Assembly (NCBI RefSeq): GCF_001194135.2
Contig: NC_068985.1
Location: 30,634,011-30,698,010, forward strand
Source of the DNA: Octopus bimaculoides
Lineage: Eukaryota
Direction: 5' to 3'
DNA length: 64,000 bases
Below the pieces are notes generated by a model that did not search any database, had not been told where the DNA came from, and saw only the letters and a program-made list of their open reading frames with translations. A program made the position numbers and the translations under genes. This document shows, in pieces, positions 53,000 to 64,000 of this stretch. The stretch's first letter is position 1; the number at the start of each line of letters is the position of its first letter.

Positions 53000-55900
53000 C
53001 TGTGGAAAGAGAATTAAAACCAAGGTTAAACAAATACAGAATTACATAAATACTCGCATCCACACAGCCTTTAAAGTAATCTCATGCATAACACATATCC
53101 ACACACACACATGGCATAGCGCTATAGGAGCAAAATGTATTACAATAGAATACGTTTTGCTAAACAAAACAGTGAAGAAATTAAAGTAACCATTAACCCT
53201 TAAGCAATCAGATCACTCTGTCAAATGTAATGCTTATTTATCCACATAGGCGCAGGAGTGGCTGTGTGGTAAGTAGCTTGCTTACCAACCACATGGTTCC
53301 GGGTTCAGTCCCACTGCGTGGCACCTTGGGCAGGTGTCTTCTACTATAGCCTCGGGCCAACCAAAGCCTTGTTTGTGGATTTGGTAGACGGAAACTGAAA
53401 GAAGCCCGCAGTATATATGTATATATATATATGTGTGTGTCTGTGTGTGTGTCCCTAGCATTGCTTGACAACCGATGCTGGAGTGTTTATGTCCCCGTCA
53501 CTTAGTGGTTCGGCAAAAGAGACCGATAGAATAAGTACTGGGCTTACAAAGAATAAGTCCCAGGGTTAATTTGCTCGACTAAAGGCGGTGCTCCAGCATG
53601 GCCGCAGTCAAATGACTGAAACAAGTAAAAGAGTAAAGAGTAATACTTTTGAATTAATCATGTATTATCTTCTAATTTTGAGATTTAATTCTTAGAATGA
53701 TATTATAGGGCTAGTGTTTGAACATGAAACAGATTGAATATTTTGGTTGGATATGGCCAGTTTAAATACTAAAGGGTTAAATTTAGAGCACAAAAGAAAG
53801 CTAAATTATTACAATACAGAATTATTACATGTATAATATAACATTTTAATATAATTATAGCAAGATGACTTGATATGAGATCACACAAACTACCTTATTA
53901 TAAGATCTCTTGGATTCATTAACACTCAAGCTTTGTAACAGCAAGTTACAAAGTAAGCTCTATCAGTTATGTTGAATGAAAACATGTAAATGCAAAATGC
54001 AGAATGAGTATGATATGGTATATATATATATATATATGCTAAATGTGCATTTTTCAATGCTGACATGGTTCAGAAAAGTCTATGTAACATCTCTCTGTGG
54101 ATGTTACACACAAGCCCAATCTCCACAGGTCTAACCTAATTAATTTTTCTAAATCTTCCTTCAACTTGTGACACTTCTTTCCCCTCAGCATGCAACATTC
54201 TTTGCTATTACTCATTCATAACAACATAGTCATCTCTCCTGTATGTATTTCTAATACCTTTAATTTCTAATACCTTTAATTTCTAATTTCTTTCTCACTT
54301 CATTTCCATTCAACTTGCCTTGCAAGTTTACACATCACATCCAACAAATCAAACTCACCTCATTCCTTCTCCAATAACTGAACATCTAAATTTACAAATG
54401 TTTTTTAAACCCACCTCATAAACTGTGATTTTCATACACTTATCAAAATGAATAACAGACATGAAAATAATTAAAATCTTAAAAACTATTTTGTTCTCCC
54501 TTATAATGAGAATATCTACAAAGGATTAATATGAACTGGTTGTAATAGATAAAAGTTCATCATAAGGCTTTGTAGAATCAATTCTTCTTCATAATATTGA
54601 TGACAATTAGTTACTTACTCTACAATGAGTGGTCTGAAAGAACTGAGCAACAGAAGAATTAAAACAACTGGGAAGAGAGATTTGCGGAGATCACTACGTG
54701 TCCATAGCCATACCAAAAGAGCTGTTGAGATGTGTTGGATCTAAAATTTAACAAAATACATAAAATTAGTAATCTCATCCAAAATTTTTTCATAGTAATA
54801 ATTTATGAGCTATGGTAATAATTTATTGCAATCACATTGTTCCAACTCCAATCCTACAATGCAATAAATTGGTCAACTATCAATACTTTTAATTGCTAAG
54901 AATTGAATGTCACTCACCAAACTGACATTTGAGTCAAAACTCATTTGGATAAACTTCCAGTCAAACTCAATACCTCTTGCTCCAACCCAAAGTGGAATAA
55001 ACCTGCAAGAAAAAGTTATTTCAGAATAAGATTAAATATACTATTTAATCTAGAGCACATTACATAAGTGTAATAAGATTTCTGGAGATTTAATTAATGT
55101 TCCAAATTAATTTTGCTATGAAAAAGTCATTTTCCTGAAGAATGGAGTTAACTTAAATGGTTTTATATAATACAAATTTCTTTCAAGCTGATTCATAACA
55201 ACCTAAAACAGCAGTGAATGAAGAGACTGAGAACATATAAATGCAAAGCAACAAAGTGGAAGAGTTGGCAACCAGCAAATACTTAAATAATACTAGTTTC
55301 CTTTTTGAACAATTTACTCCTAATTTCCAGTAAAAACTACCAGTAAATATTACGAAAAGACATTTTTCAATAACAGATATACTATTTGTCTTTAGAAAGA
55401 AAACTAATATAGTTTAATTTGTTTTAGGATTGTTTTCTCATGCTGGAATAGGTTGGATGGATATTATTTGAGGCATTGTTTTACAGTTGGACGTCCATTC
55501 TGAAGCTCACCCTTGTTTTTCAAGTAAGGGAACACTTATTCCACACAGCTTCAAAGGCACCAAAGTGCCTGGATGATTTGTTGACAAGAAAACTGACTAC
55601 AACACTGCCTACCACGCTTTTGTTCAAGTAATATACAAAATGTAAACACACACACACATACATGTACAACAGTCTTATTTCAAGTCTACTCACAAGGCCT
55701 TGATCAGCCCAGAGCATTGGGCTTACAATTATGAGGTAGTGAATTCAATCCCTGGACTGGCTTGTGTGTTGCGTTAGTGAGCAAGACACTATTTCACATT
55801 GCTCCAGTTCACTCGGCTGTAGAAATGAGTTGCAACATCACTGGTGCCAAGGTGTATTGGCTTTTGCCTTTCCCTTGGATAACACTGGTGGCGTGGAGAG

Positions 55901-56024
55901 AGGAGACTGGTATGCATGGGCGACTTTTGATCTTCTATAAACAACCTTGCCCACACTTGTACCTCAGAGGGGAACTTTCTAGGTACAATCCCATGGTCAT
56001 ACATGACTAAAGGGGCATTTATCC

Positions 56025-56084
<60 letters not shown>

Positions 56085-59000
56085 AGGTCAGCAAAATTTG
56101 GTGCTATTTAACAGAATTTTGTAAATCTCATATGAACAAAAATCAGTTTCAATGAAGTTTAAAAGTATAGAGAAATAAAGTTTCAAGCAAGACAACTTAC
56201 CTAGTCATAATAAGTTCAGCTGTAGCCCAACCCATACCAGCAATAAGAAACTTAAGTTGACCTTTAGCTGGAATGGAGTTCATTAGAAGATAAAGACCTA
56301 CAAGGTCAGCAAGATCAACAAAGCATTTCAGTGTTTCCTGTAAGAAAAAAGTAGAATTCCAAAAACTGTAATTTTAAAAAATGCTGATACATTGGAATAT
56401 TGTGACATATGTATTAGGCTTATGATCTGGAAACAGAAAAGGAAACTTAGAGTTACGGAGATGACTTGAGTCAGGTAGAAAGTGTTTTATGTGATGAAAT
56501 GGAAGATGTGGAGACTTTAACAAGTGAATTGATAACATAAAGACTTGAATCAAATAGGAAATGTTGATAGGAAATGTGAAGATTTTGAATAATTAGTTTT
56601 GTAAAGGCTTTTGAAGTGGTTCATCCTAATATCTTAAAAATTCCATGATAATATACAGAAACAAAGTTTTAAATGGAAGTAATATTATATAAAAAAAAGA
56701 ATTTAACAATGCTGCAAAAACTATAAAGTAATTTCTATACCTAACGCAAATGTAAAAAAACTCAATGACATTCTTTATATAAAGAAAAAAAGGAAAAGAA
56801 TCTAATAAGTTAATAAAATTTTTACTCTGCCAACTTACCCCTACAATATCCAAAGAATCAGAACTAAATTCTGTAGCTGGAAAGAAGGTTGCTAACACCA
56901 ACATCTTACATAGTTGAGTGAAAAGGTATGCAGTCCCAGCCTGGACACATTTCCAGAAGGCACTGTATTCAGCCCTAAAATGTATTAAAAAACACATAGC
57001 AAATATCAAGACTGCTTAACAAAAATCAGATACTCATTTTCAGAAAGTGTTTCAGATCTGAACATCTAATTCAGTACAAAACACAAATGCTGTCCTATAC
57101 CATTCACCTTATAGCATTCACATTACTTTGACTAATGTATTATTTATTCATTCCCATTATTTTGAATTAAGCATGCATTATCTAAAAATATGCAATCACA
57201 TAATTGAAATCTCAAAGCTATAAGCTTTGAGATTTCAAGTATGTGATTGCATATTTTTAGAATGACATTGTAGAGTAGATGTGAGAAGCTGGATCTGGCC
57301 AATTCGAAGATAAAACAGGTAGAATATTTGGACCATATATGACTGGTTTAAATGCCAAAAGGTTAAAGTACTTTTTACGCATCTAGAAGAATATACCTAG
57401 CATGCACATACGCATTTGGGCCACTTTAGAGAAAGACAATAATAACATTATCCAATTGACAAGTTTTCACTCATCAACACTATGACCAGTCTAACCCTTT
57501 CTCTTCCACTCTACTGCATCTGACTTTGCCCCTCTAAACACCAGATTAATAGTATACCACCACATGTTGCTCCAACTCAATGCACTAACCTTCCCTACTT
57601 CCACTAGCTTTACACTCACTAAACACTGCCTACAATTACATGCTGATACTTGTTTTTAATCAATCAAACCAATGAAGGAGCCTCAAACATTCAGCCTGCA
57701 GCAACATTTAATCTGACCTCAAGTCCAGTTTTATCAAAGGAAAACATTATCAATTTTTGATTTAAAAATATTCTGTAAAATATGTTTATATTGCTAGCAT
57801 GCATTCAAAGTTAGATGCCAATTAGAATTATGATTAGAATTGTGATTAGACAAACCAATTAGAATTGTGATTAGACAAACCAATGATTCTTTCACAATCT
57901 CAGAGTTCTTACTTAACCTTTAAACATTCACATTATTCTGTCAAACATAATACTTATTTATTCACATTACTTTGAATTAGTCATGCATTATCTTGTAGCT
58001 TTGAGATTTCAATGATGTGATTGAGTATTTTTAGAATGACATTGTAGTGTAGGTGTGACAAGCCAGATCTGGCTAGTTTGAACATAAAGCAGGTTGAATA
58101 TTTGGGCTGGATATGGTCCATTAAAATGCTAAAAGGTTAATACAACTGTATATATCTAGTACATATAAATCACAGTATGTGTGTGTATATTGACTAACAC
58201 ATACATTTCCACAATTCTCAACCGATTTTCACCAAACTTTATACACACATTACTTATGTCCCAAGAATGATCATGCGTGATAACATTCTGCCCAGAGCTC
58301 CTGCATAAATGGACATACCAGGAAAAACGATGTTTTTCTCTAATTCATTGTATGTACATAGTTTTTTTGTGTGTAGAGTCTTCCACATATTTGTAATCTA
58401 TATGGTCATATATTAGCATTAGAGAATATTTTCTGGTGTCTTTCACATTTTTTTGGTTTATTATTTATTTATATATTGTGATTGTGTATTTTTACTTTCT
58501 ATATTTTTTTTATGTGTATTGGTGTGTATTGAGTGTTTTGGTTAGAGAATATTATAAAAGTGAAAGGATTTTGTCTATTTATTTATTTTGACTGCTTCCC
58601 ATACTTTTTAAATCTATATGGTCGTATATTAGATTTAGAATATTTCTTAGTTATTTTCACATTTTTTTTTTATTTATTATTTATTTATATGTTGTAATTA
58701 TGTATTATTACTTTCTACATTTATTTTATATGTGTATTGGTGTGTATTGTTCGAGTATTTTCATTAGAGAATATCATAAAAGTGAAAGGATTTTGTCTAT
58801 TTATTTATTTTGACTGTCCACTTGCAATGGTGATTAAATTGACCAGGAACACTGTACGTGATGAATATCCAATACCAAACAATCTTAATCTCCATATTTA
58901 AACTGCATTAAACTTTAGCAAGCTTACCTTTACCTATTCTGAGTTACTTGAAAGGTGATGTTCCTTTCCCGCTCTTCTATTTGTTTATACCTTTGTTTAC

Positions 59001-60984
59001 CTACCAATGCGTTGTTTCACAGGATGCTTATTTACCCATCCATTGCTTCAAATACATTTTAGCATTGTCGTTCTAGCCTTTTTTAAACAACCACAAGAAA
59101 TTTCACTTTCATGTAAAACAACTATATTTTATAGTCATTATCTGCAATCTACTCCCAAAACACTTCTGTAGCTCTACTTTGCATTGCTTGCAAATTTATA
59201 TGTTCTATGATCATTAAAGTGCAACGACCTCCACAATAGCCAGCCTTCAATTTGATTTTCTGTTCTTAGGTTAATCAGAAACAGATTGCTGTGCTACTCA
59301 TAAACCTTCTCAGTAGTTCAATTGTTTAGTGAAAAATACCACCAAAGCAATTTAAACCATACAAAGGACGGGTGCATTTGCTAGTATATATATATTTCAT
59401 AAACCATGTCGATGAATTTTGACCATTTAACTCTGCATCTCTGCTCACACTTCATGTTCCTTCCTTTCTTTATTGTTAATAAACTTGTTACATATGAATC
59501 CCTTTAATCATTTACTTTGACTTACGTTATGAAGAGGATTTTTTTAGGAATAACTGAATCTATCTACCCTGTAAGATCTAGCTTATGCTTCAGTCTAGCC
59601 CACAAAGCCAAACAAGTTTGATATTGCTGTCTCGCAACCAAATCTCTCTCAAATCATGCAATATCATTTTTAAAAAGTACACATTGAATGATGTCATCCT
59701 AGGTACAGTATCTGAACGAATGACATACATTTGATCATAACGCTGCACATTTCAAGCTTATCTGATGCTAAACAACTTTCTTCCCTTCACATACCAATAT
59801 TACAATGTTTATTGCACTACACTATGAGACCTACATAAAACCAGGTGGACTGGGTTGTTAACAACTAGGTACCTATAGTTAGTTGGTTGATTGCTGTACC
59901 CTTATTAATCTACTTAATTATGTGCCATTACCATCATCTTTTTCCCCAGTACACTATATTCTCAACAGAGGGTGATACAGAACACAAGTTATGTCACGGA
60001 CTGTCTTGCAAGGTTACATCACTAAAAGCCTTGGAATGCTGATATAATTACACTTCTAAAGTTTCTGAAAGATTAACTAGGGAAGTATTAAAATAAACAA
60101 TGTTGGAGGTGTCACAATTAAAAAAAAAAAAAAAAACAATTACTACTGTAAAGCATAGAATGATACTAAAAATGAGACTGGTTATAAATAGTAACCAAAT
60201 TCCCTAGGATAATGCTCTAACGTCTTAAGAACAGGATACATTGGAGAACATAATCCAACACAAGGCGGAGGTAATGAATACGTATACCACCGGTTTTCGG
60301 CGCAACTAAACCCCTAAAACTAACCCTAACCACCGGGTGTACGTATTATTTATCTTCGCCCCAACACAATTCTAAAAAGGAAGAATCTATGCGGCTCGAA
60401 TACCACTGAACATAAATCTGCTCAGTTGGGGCTGACATGGAGCTAATCTCTACGTTAAAGTAGGTGGGCACATTTCAATGATAAAAAATTCGAAATTTTA
60501 AGAGAGTAAATTTTAAATAATTGTTTCTTACAGATATGAATTTAAAGCATAGTTATTATTAGTAAATAATCTAAAATTTACTAGTTTTTCGTTTGGTAAA
60601 TTTCTCCTCGCTAAGGAATGAATGCCGTTATTTCGGTAAAAAAGAAAGCACAATAAAAGGGAAACATTGTCATATAGGCATATATATATATATATATATA
60701 AATTATAGTGGCCTTATATAGTTATATACAGTTAACAAAGTATATTATAACGATTTGAGAGTCAAATTATTACGTTTAGAAAGTTAAATTAGAATTAAAC
60801 ACGATGGACCATGCTTGTTATTTACACAGTCGGTGAAACATGCAACGATGTTGATGTTCGTTTTCACTTTCATAAAGTTTTTAATATATATTTTCTACTA
60901 TACTTACATTCCAGAACATCTGTACACTATTACGTAAGGTACGTATGCCAATGCGACACAGTTCCCGAAGTGAAATAAAGTCAT
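52885..60984 (-). CDS. TMEM147: Transmembrane protein 147 (BOS complex subunit; nicalin/NOMO partner), 6 coding exons, 672 nt, 223 aa
   Basis: Spliced product [17 protein letters not shown]...[28 protein letters not shown]...VDLADLVGL...[36 protein letters not shown]...LGSW...MSR* matches the conserved family sequence as I recall it; all introns GT-AG; phases 2,0,2,0,2 join without stops. Confidence 0.96.
53197..53776. mobile_element. piggyBac-type MITE (TTAA-flanked, CCC...GGG ends) interrupted by a SINE
   Basis: TTAA at 53193-53196 and 53777-53780; colinear with the copy at 57917-58136 once the SINE is removed. Confidence 0.75.
53248..53643 (+). mobile_element. Full-length tRNA-derived SINE (family A)
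   Basis: A-box-like TGGCTGTGTGG, B-box-like GGTTCAGTCCC, internal (TA)n(TG)n, AAGAGTA tail; nested in the MITE in TMEM147 intron 5. Confidence 0.88.
54619..54740 (-). CDS. TMEM147: TMEM147 coding exon 5 (122 nt)
   Basis: TTTTAG acceptor, GTAAGT donor; encodes [40 protein letters not shown](E). Confidence 0.92.
54918..55002 (-). CDS. TMEM147: TMEM147 coding exon 4 (85 nt)
   Basis: TTGCAG acceptor, GTGAGT donor; encodes (R)[28 protein letters not shown]. Confidence 0.96.
55715..56030 (+). mobile_element. tRNA-derived SINE (family C), diverged
   Basis: B-box-like GAATTCAATCCC followed by GAGCAAGACAC...CATTGCTCCAGTTCACTC, a SINE-core-like sequence; ends at a (TA)n tract. Confidence 0.65.
56201..56337 (-). 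CDS. TMEM147: TMEM147 coding exon 3 (137 nt)
   Basis: TTACAG acceptor, GTAAGT donor; encodes [45 protein letters not shown](R). Confidence 0.96.
56839..56974 (-). CDS. TMEM147: TMEM147 coding exon 2 (136 nt)
   Basis: TTTTAG acceptor, GTAAGT donor; encodes [45 protein letters not shown] (inside ORF 56626-57009). Confidence 0.96.
57107..57362. mobile_element. piggyBac-type MITE copy carrying a private 39-bp-arm hairpin
   Basis: Colinear with 57917-58136, ends AAAAGG-TTAA; left end degenerate. Confidence 0.7.
57917..58136. mobile_element. piggyBac-type MITE copy
   Basis: TTAA flanks at 57913-57916 and 58137-58140; imperfect CCTTTA...TAAAAGG termini. Confidence 0.75.
58155..59384 (+). mobile_element. 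Probable non-autonomous Helitron with an internal tandem duplication of about 230 bp
   Basis: Starts A|TC (TCTAGTACATATAAA) and ends GGACGGGTGCATTTGCTAG|T; tandem units at about 58380-58595 and about 58596-58816; 3' hairpin degraded. Confidence 0.55.
60264..60360. mobile_element. 97-bp Mutator-type micro-MITE with 9-bp TSD and telomere-like core
   Basis: Perfect TSD CCAACACAA at 60255-60263 and 60361-60369; imperfect TIRs of about 28 bp (GGCG...AATACGTA...CCGG); core CTAAACCCCTAAAACTAACCCTAAC. Confidence 0.8.
60908..60984 (-). CDS. TMEM147: TMEM147 coding exon 1 (77 nt, ATG start)
   Basis: Encodes [25 protein letters not shown](M); GTAAGT donor. Confidence 0.96.
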
Positions 60985-60999
60985 AATTGGAAGCCGACA

Positions 61000-61565
61000 G
61001 AAATATTTTCTTAATCAAGCAACGAAACGGTGTAAAAGGGAAAAAAACCCAAAGCTAATACATAACTACACATTTTGTTCGGTAACTATCTTAAAGCTGA
61101 CGAACTTTACAAAAACAAAAAATATAAATAAACACAGTGACTCACTTAATACATAGATCTTTGATTTATTAATTTTATATCAAATATTATATCAAATTAT
61201 TGATACTTCAATGAGAATTGTGTACGCACGTATTTCCGGCCGGAATTTTTTAAAGCTGGATACTTACACGCATTCAGTTTCCTGGGCTCTTACATACTTA
61301 AAAACCATCCCTCTGAAATTCCTGTTTTTTTCAAATTTCGTACAATGTGTTATTAAAAATGAATATTGGTTATTGTTTTCTTTTTCATTATTTTTTTTTT
61401 TTCATTATTTTTTTTTTCATTTTTCTTCGGAAATTACATAAACTATTTTATGCGTGTATTTATGACTTAGTTACCGTTTCCAAGGGAAACATTCTTACCA
61501 TTTTGTTTCTTTAAACGTAACAAGAAAAGTTAGATGAAATGTCGAGACAATTCTCTGCTAATCAG
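61000..61565. promoter_or_regulatory. Probable TMEM147 promoter and 5' region with a palindromic ETS-type site
   Basis: Directly upstream of the start codon, free of recognisable transposons; TTCCGGCCGGAA at 61234-61245 gives CCGGAA on both strands. Confidence 0.4.
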
Positions 61566-62082
61566 GTAACGATTGTATTTATCCATTTTCTCTGCTTCTA
61601 CCTCACCGTGCTTTATTTTTACAATGATTGACAATACACACACACACATGCACTATAAATGTGCATATATGTTTATACATGCATTATACAGTTTTATGTA
61701 AGTATGCCTTATATATATATACATTCCCCCCCACACACACACATTGTACAGTTTTGAACCATATATATATAAAAAATATAATTATAATCAGGGGTCAGCT
61801 AAGTGTCTTGCCACGTACTGAATTAGAAATAGACGCTAATGTCTTTTCAACTACCGTATATATATATAGGTAAGATTCAAGGATCAAGGTGTAGGAAGAG
61901 AGTAAGCTTCAAGCCTTCAAGCAGTCCATAGAGGGTATAAAAAACAATTTTCAGGAATAATAGTGGTTTATTGATGTAGAAGGTTGTAAATTTTCCCCCA
62001 TATCAAAGTTCAATAAGCTGAAAAGATTGTTTTATAGATTATAGTTAGCAGCAGGGGTTGCTGTGTATGCAAAAAGAAATAA

Positions 62083-62445
62083 AAAATTAGGAAATGGAGT
62101 TGATAAAATCCAGGTTACATATGTTTCATAGCTAGCAGAACCTTGAAAGTAGTAATTATCCGAATGAGGGGTAATGCACTAGCTATTCATCAGGCCAACA
62201 ATATCTTAATCAAAAGTTTACATTGTCATCAAGGGATCCCATGTTGACTCACAGGAGATTTAATTGGAAATCATGCAAGTCAACATGGGATCCCTTGATG
62301 ACAATGTGAATTTCTTTTGATTAAGGTATCTTTCGCCTGACAAGTGGCTAGTGGATTACCTCTTGTTTGGATAATCACACCTTCTGAGGTTCTGCTAGCT
62401 ATGAAACATATATCCTGGATTTTATCTACTCCATTCCTTAATTTT
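62083..62445. repeat. Foldback palindrome (arms of about 167 bp, 28-nt spacer), probably MITE-derived
   Basis: Inner 30 bp perfectly inverted (62220-62249 versus 62278-62307); outer arms clearly homologous but diverged; no TSD found. Confidence 0.85.
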
Positions 62446-62899
62446 GGATGTGTGTATGTGCAGAAGACAGGGAGAGAAAGGCAAGCGCAGTACATAGGAA
62501 ACAGGGAGATACATGGAGAGGGATGGTCAATGTAATGTGTAAGTGTAGAGAGCAATATCAATGGATGAAGAATGGCTAATAAGTGAAATAGTTCCATGTA
62601 GCACCACCACCATTATCATCAACATCAACACAAAAACTACACTAGTTCAATCTCTGGTATTACTAGTCAGTGACTTCTTAATGGCCAACAGCTACAACAA
62701 CAATAGTACAAACAACTCCATCTGAAATGAAAACCAGTCACATGAGAAAGTGATGCTCTTGTACATTTTAAATGTTGACTGAATTATCTTTGATCCTAGA
62801 TCAATATATATGTATATGATGGCTATCTGCTATGGACCAAGGAAGACCATCACATGATCATTAAGAACATTGTCCACTCAGACAAAATTATACTTCACT

Positions 62900-63240
62900 T
62901 TTGTGACTCCACTAGTGACTAATAATCCCAGTTCCATAATAAACATAAATGTCTGTAGATATTGCAGATCAAGCTTCCCCTATTCCCTACACTGCTGGTG
63001 TTTATTTGAGCAGCTCACTAAGTTCAGCATGCAAAATGCATGTTTCTTTGAAAATACCTACTCCATCCTTTCTCATTACCTCCATTAGTTAGTGATAACT
63101 AACATTGCTTTCCCAATTAACCGCTCATATTTCACATGCCTTCAATGAGGGATGTGCACAATCCTTAAATTGTAGTCTTAATTTCTGCTTGGGACACTTT
63201 CCACAAACAAGTTCACCATATAGCATTCCCAAAGTTTCTG
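62900..63240 (-). mobile_element. Possible RTE-type LINE 3' remnant
   Basis: Minus frame MLYGELVCGKCPKQKLRLQFKDC...LKACEI...NWE resembles the RTE C-terminal pattern LYGEL..GKR..G...LRYKD. Confidence 0.45.
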
Positions 63241-64000
63241 CTTCTCATGAGAATTCTAAGACCCCCTGATGGGGGCCTTAACTTCCAAATTTTAGTCATT
63301 TTTTATAATCCAAAACTAGGTCAAAAGTACTAAATAGATCTTTATGAAATTTGAAATTATATTCTATGCAAAAGGACAGATGTAATGCAGTATATGTTTG
63401 AAAATGATGGGGGGCATAAATGAGGCCATAACCCCCATGAAAATTTATATATTTTTGCTGTTGATGAAATTTTAACCATACATATCAAACACAAATGATG
63501 TAATATTCCTAAAATTACAATTTCTTGCGAGTTAGTAAGACCCCTTAATGGGGGCTTAACTCCTACAATTTAGTCTTTTTTCCTAAGCCAAGGCAAATAC
63601 AATTGTAGTCTTGGAAGCTGTAGAGTCACTCAAGGATACAAGATGAGCATTATTTGTAATTCAATGGTACAGTAGTGTAAGAGTTTGCTTTGAGATATAC
63701 TTACATTGTGATTTCTGCAATGTGGTGCATAAATTATCAAGTAAAGGAGATGCATCTTTGCCTCAACTGATTCAGTTGCAGAGTATTATTTTGAGTAAGG
63801 TTATTTGGTTGCAGACCTCCTTTGAGTCTTTTTATTATCACTGGGTCAGATATAGTCCCTAGATGGTGACATTCATTTCAAGGCCTTTCCAGATAAGTGA
63901 TTGGTCATTCAAAGGGATTTATAGATTGCAAATTTATTCTGTTCAGTTACCTATAGGTATAGTGATCATTGGCAAACTCCAGAGGTGACACTTTCATTTC

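Noticed and set aside
63257-63590. Direct repeat of about 45 bp (TAAGACCCC...ATGGGGGC.TTAAC) at about 63257 and 63536
   Set aside because: Probably subterminal repeats of a decayed DNA transposon; ends and TSD could not be defined.

Overview
AT-rich, repeat-dominated animal genomic DNA with eight N-gaps, several flanked by microsatellites. The SINE families look like those of coleoid cephalopods (Octopus); this is an inference from recognition, not a database result. There is one intact host gene, TMEM147, on the minus strand: six GT-AG coding exons (60984-60908, 56974-56839, 56337-56201, 55002-54918, 54740-54619, 52999-52885) giving a 223-aa protein. The ORF track catches only exon 2. The rest is a graveyard of mobile elements: a Mag-type Ty3/Gypsy element with only its 5' LTR, RTE, CR1 and R4/Dong-like LINE fragments, many Penelope-like (PLE) remnants, mariner, maT (DD37D) and rosa (DD41D) transposons, several tRNA-derived SINE families, piggyBac- and Mutator-type MITEs, and a probable non-autonomous Helitron. 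The most unusual object is a 338-bp insertion at 47570-47907 with a 12-bp target-site duplication. It joins a Pol III tRNA-like head to a Penelope-type minimal hammerhead ribozyme and carries a 65-bp inverted copy of its own 3' region, so it is a candidate PLE-mobilised ribozyme SINE. Other notable items are a second, intact hammerhead (41834-41868), telomere-repeat-bearing MITEs, a telomerase-like TTAGGG insertion with flanking duplication, and a copy-specific 39-bp hairpin in a TMEM147 intron. No CRISPR array, rRNA or genuine tRNA gene is supported. Boundaries of degraded elements are approximate, and all alignments were done by eye.
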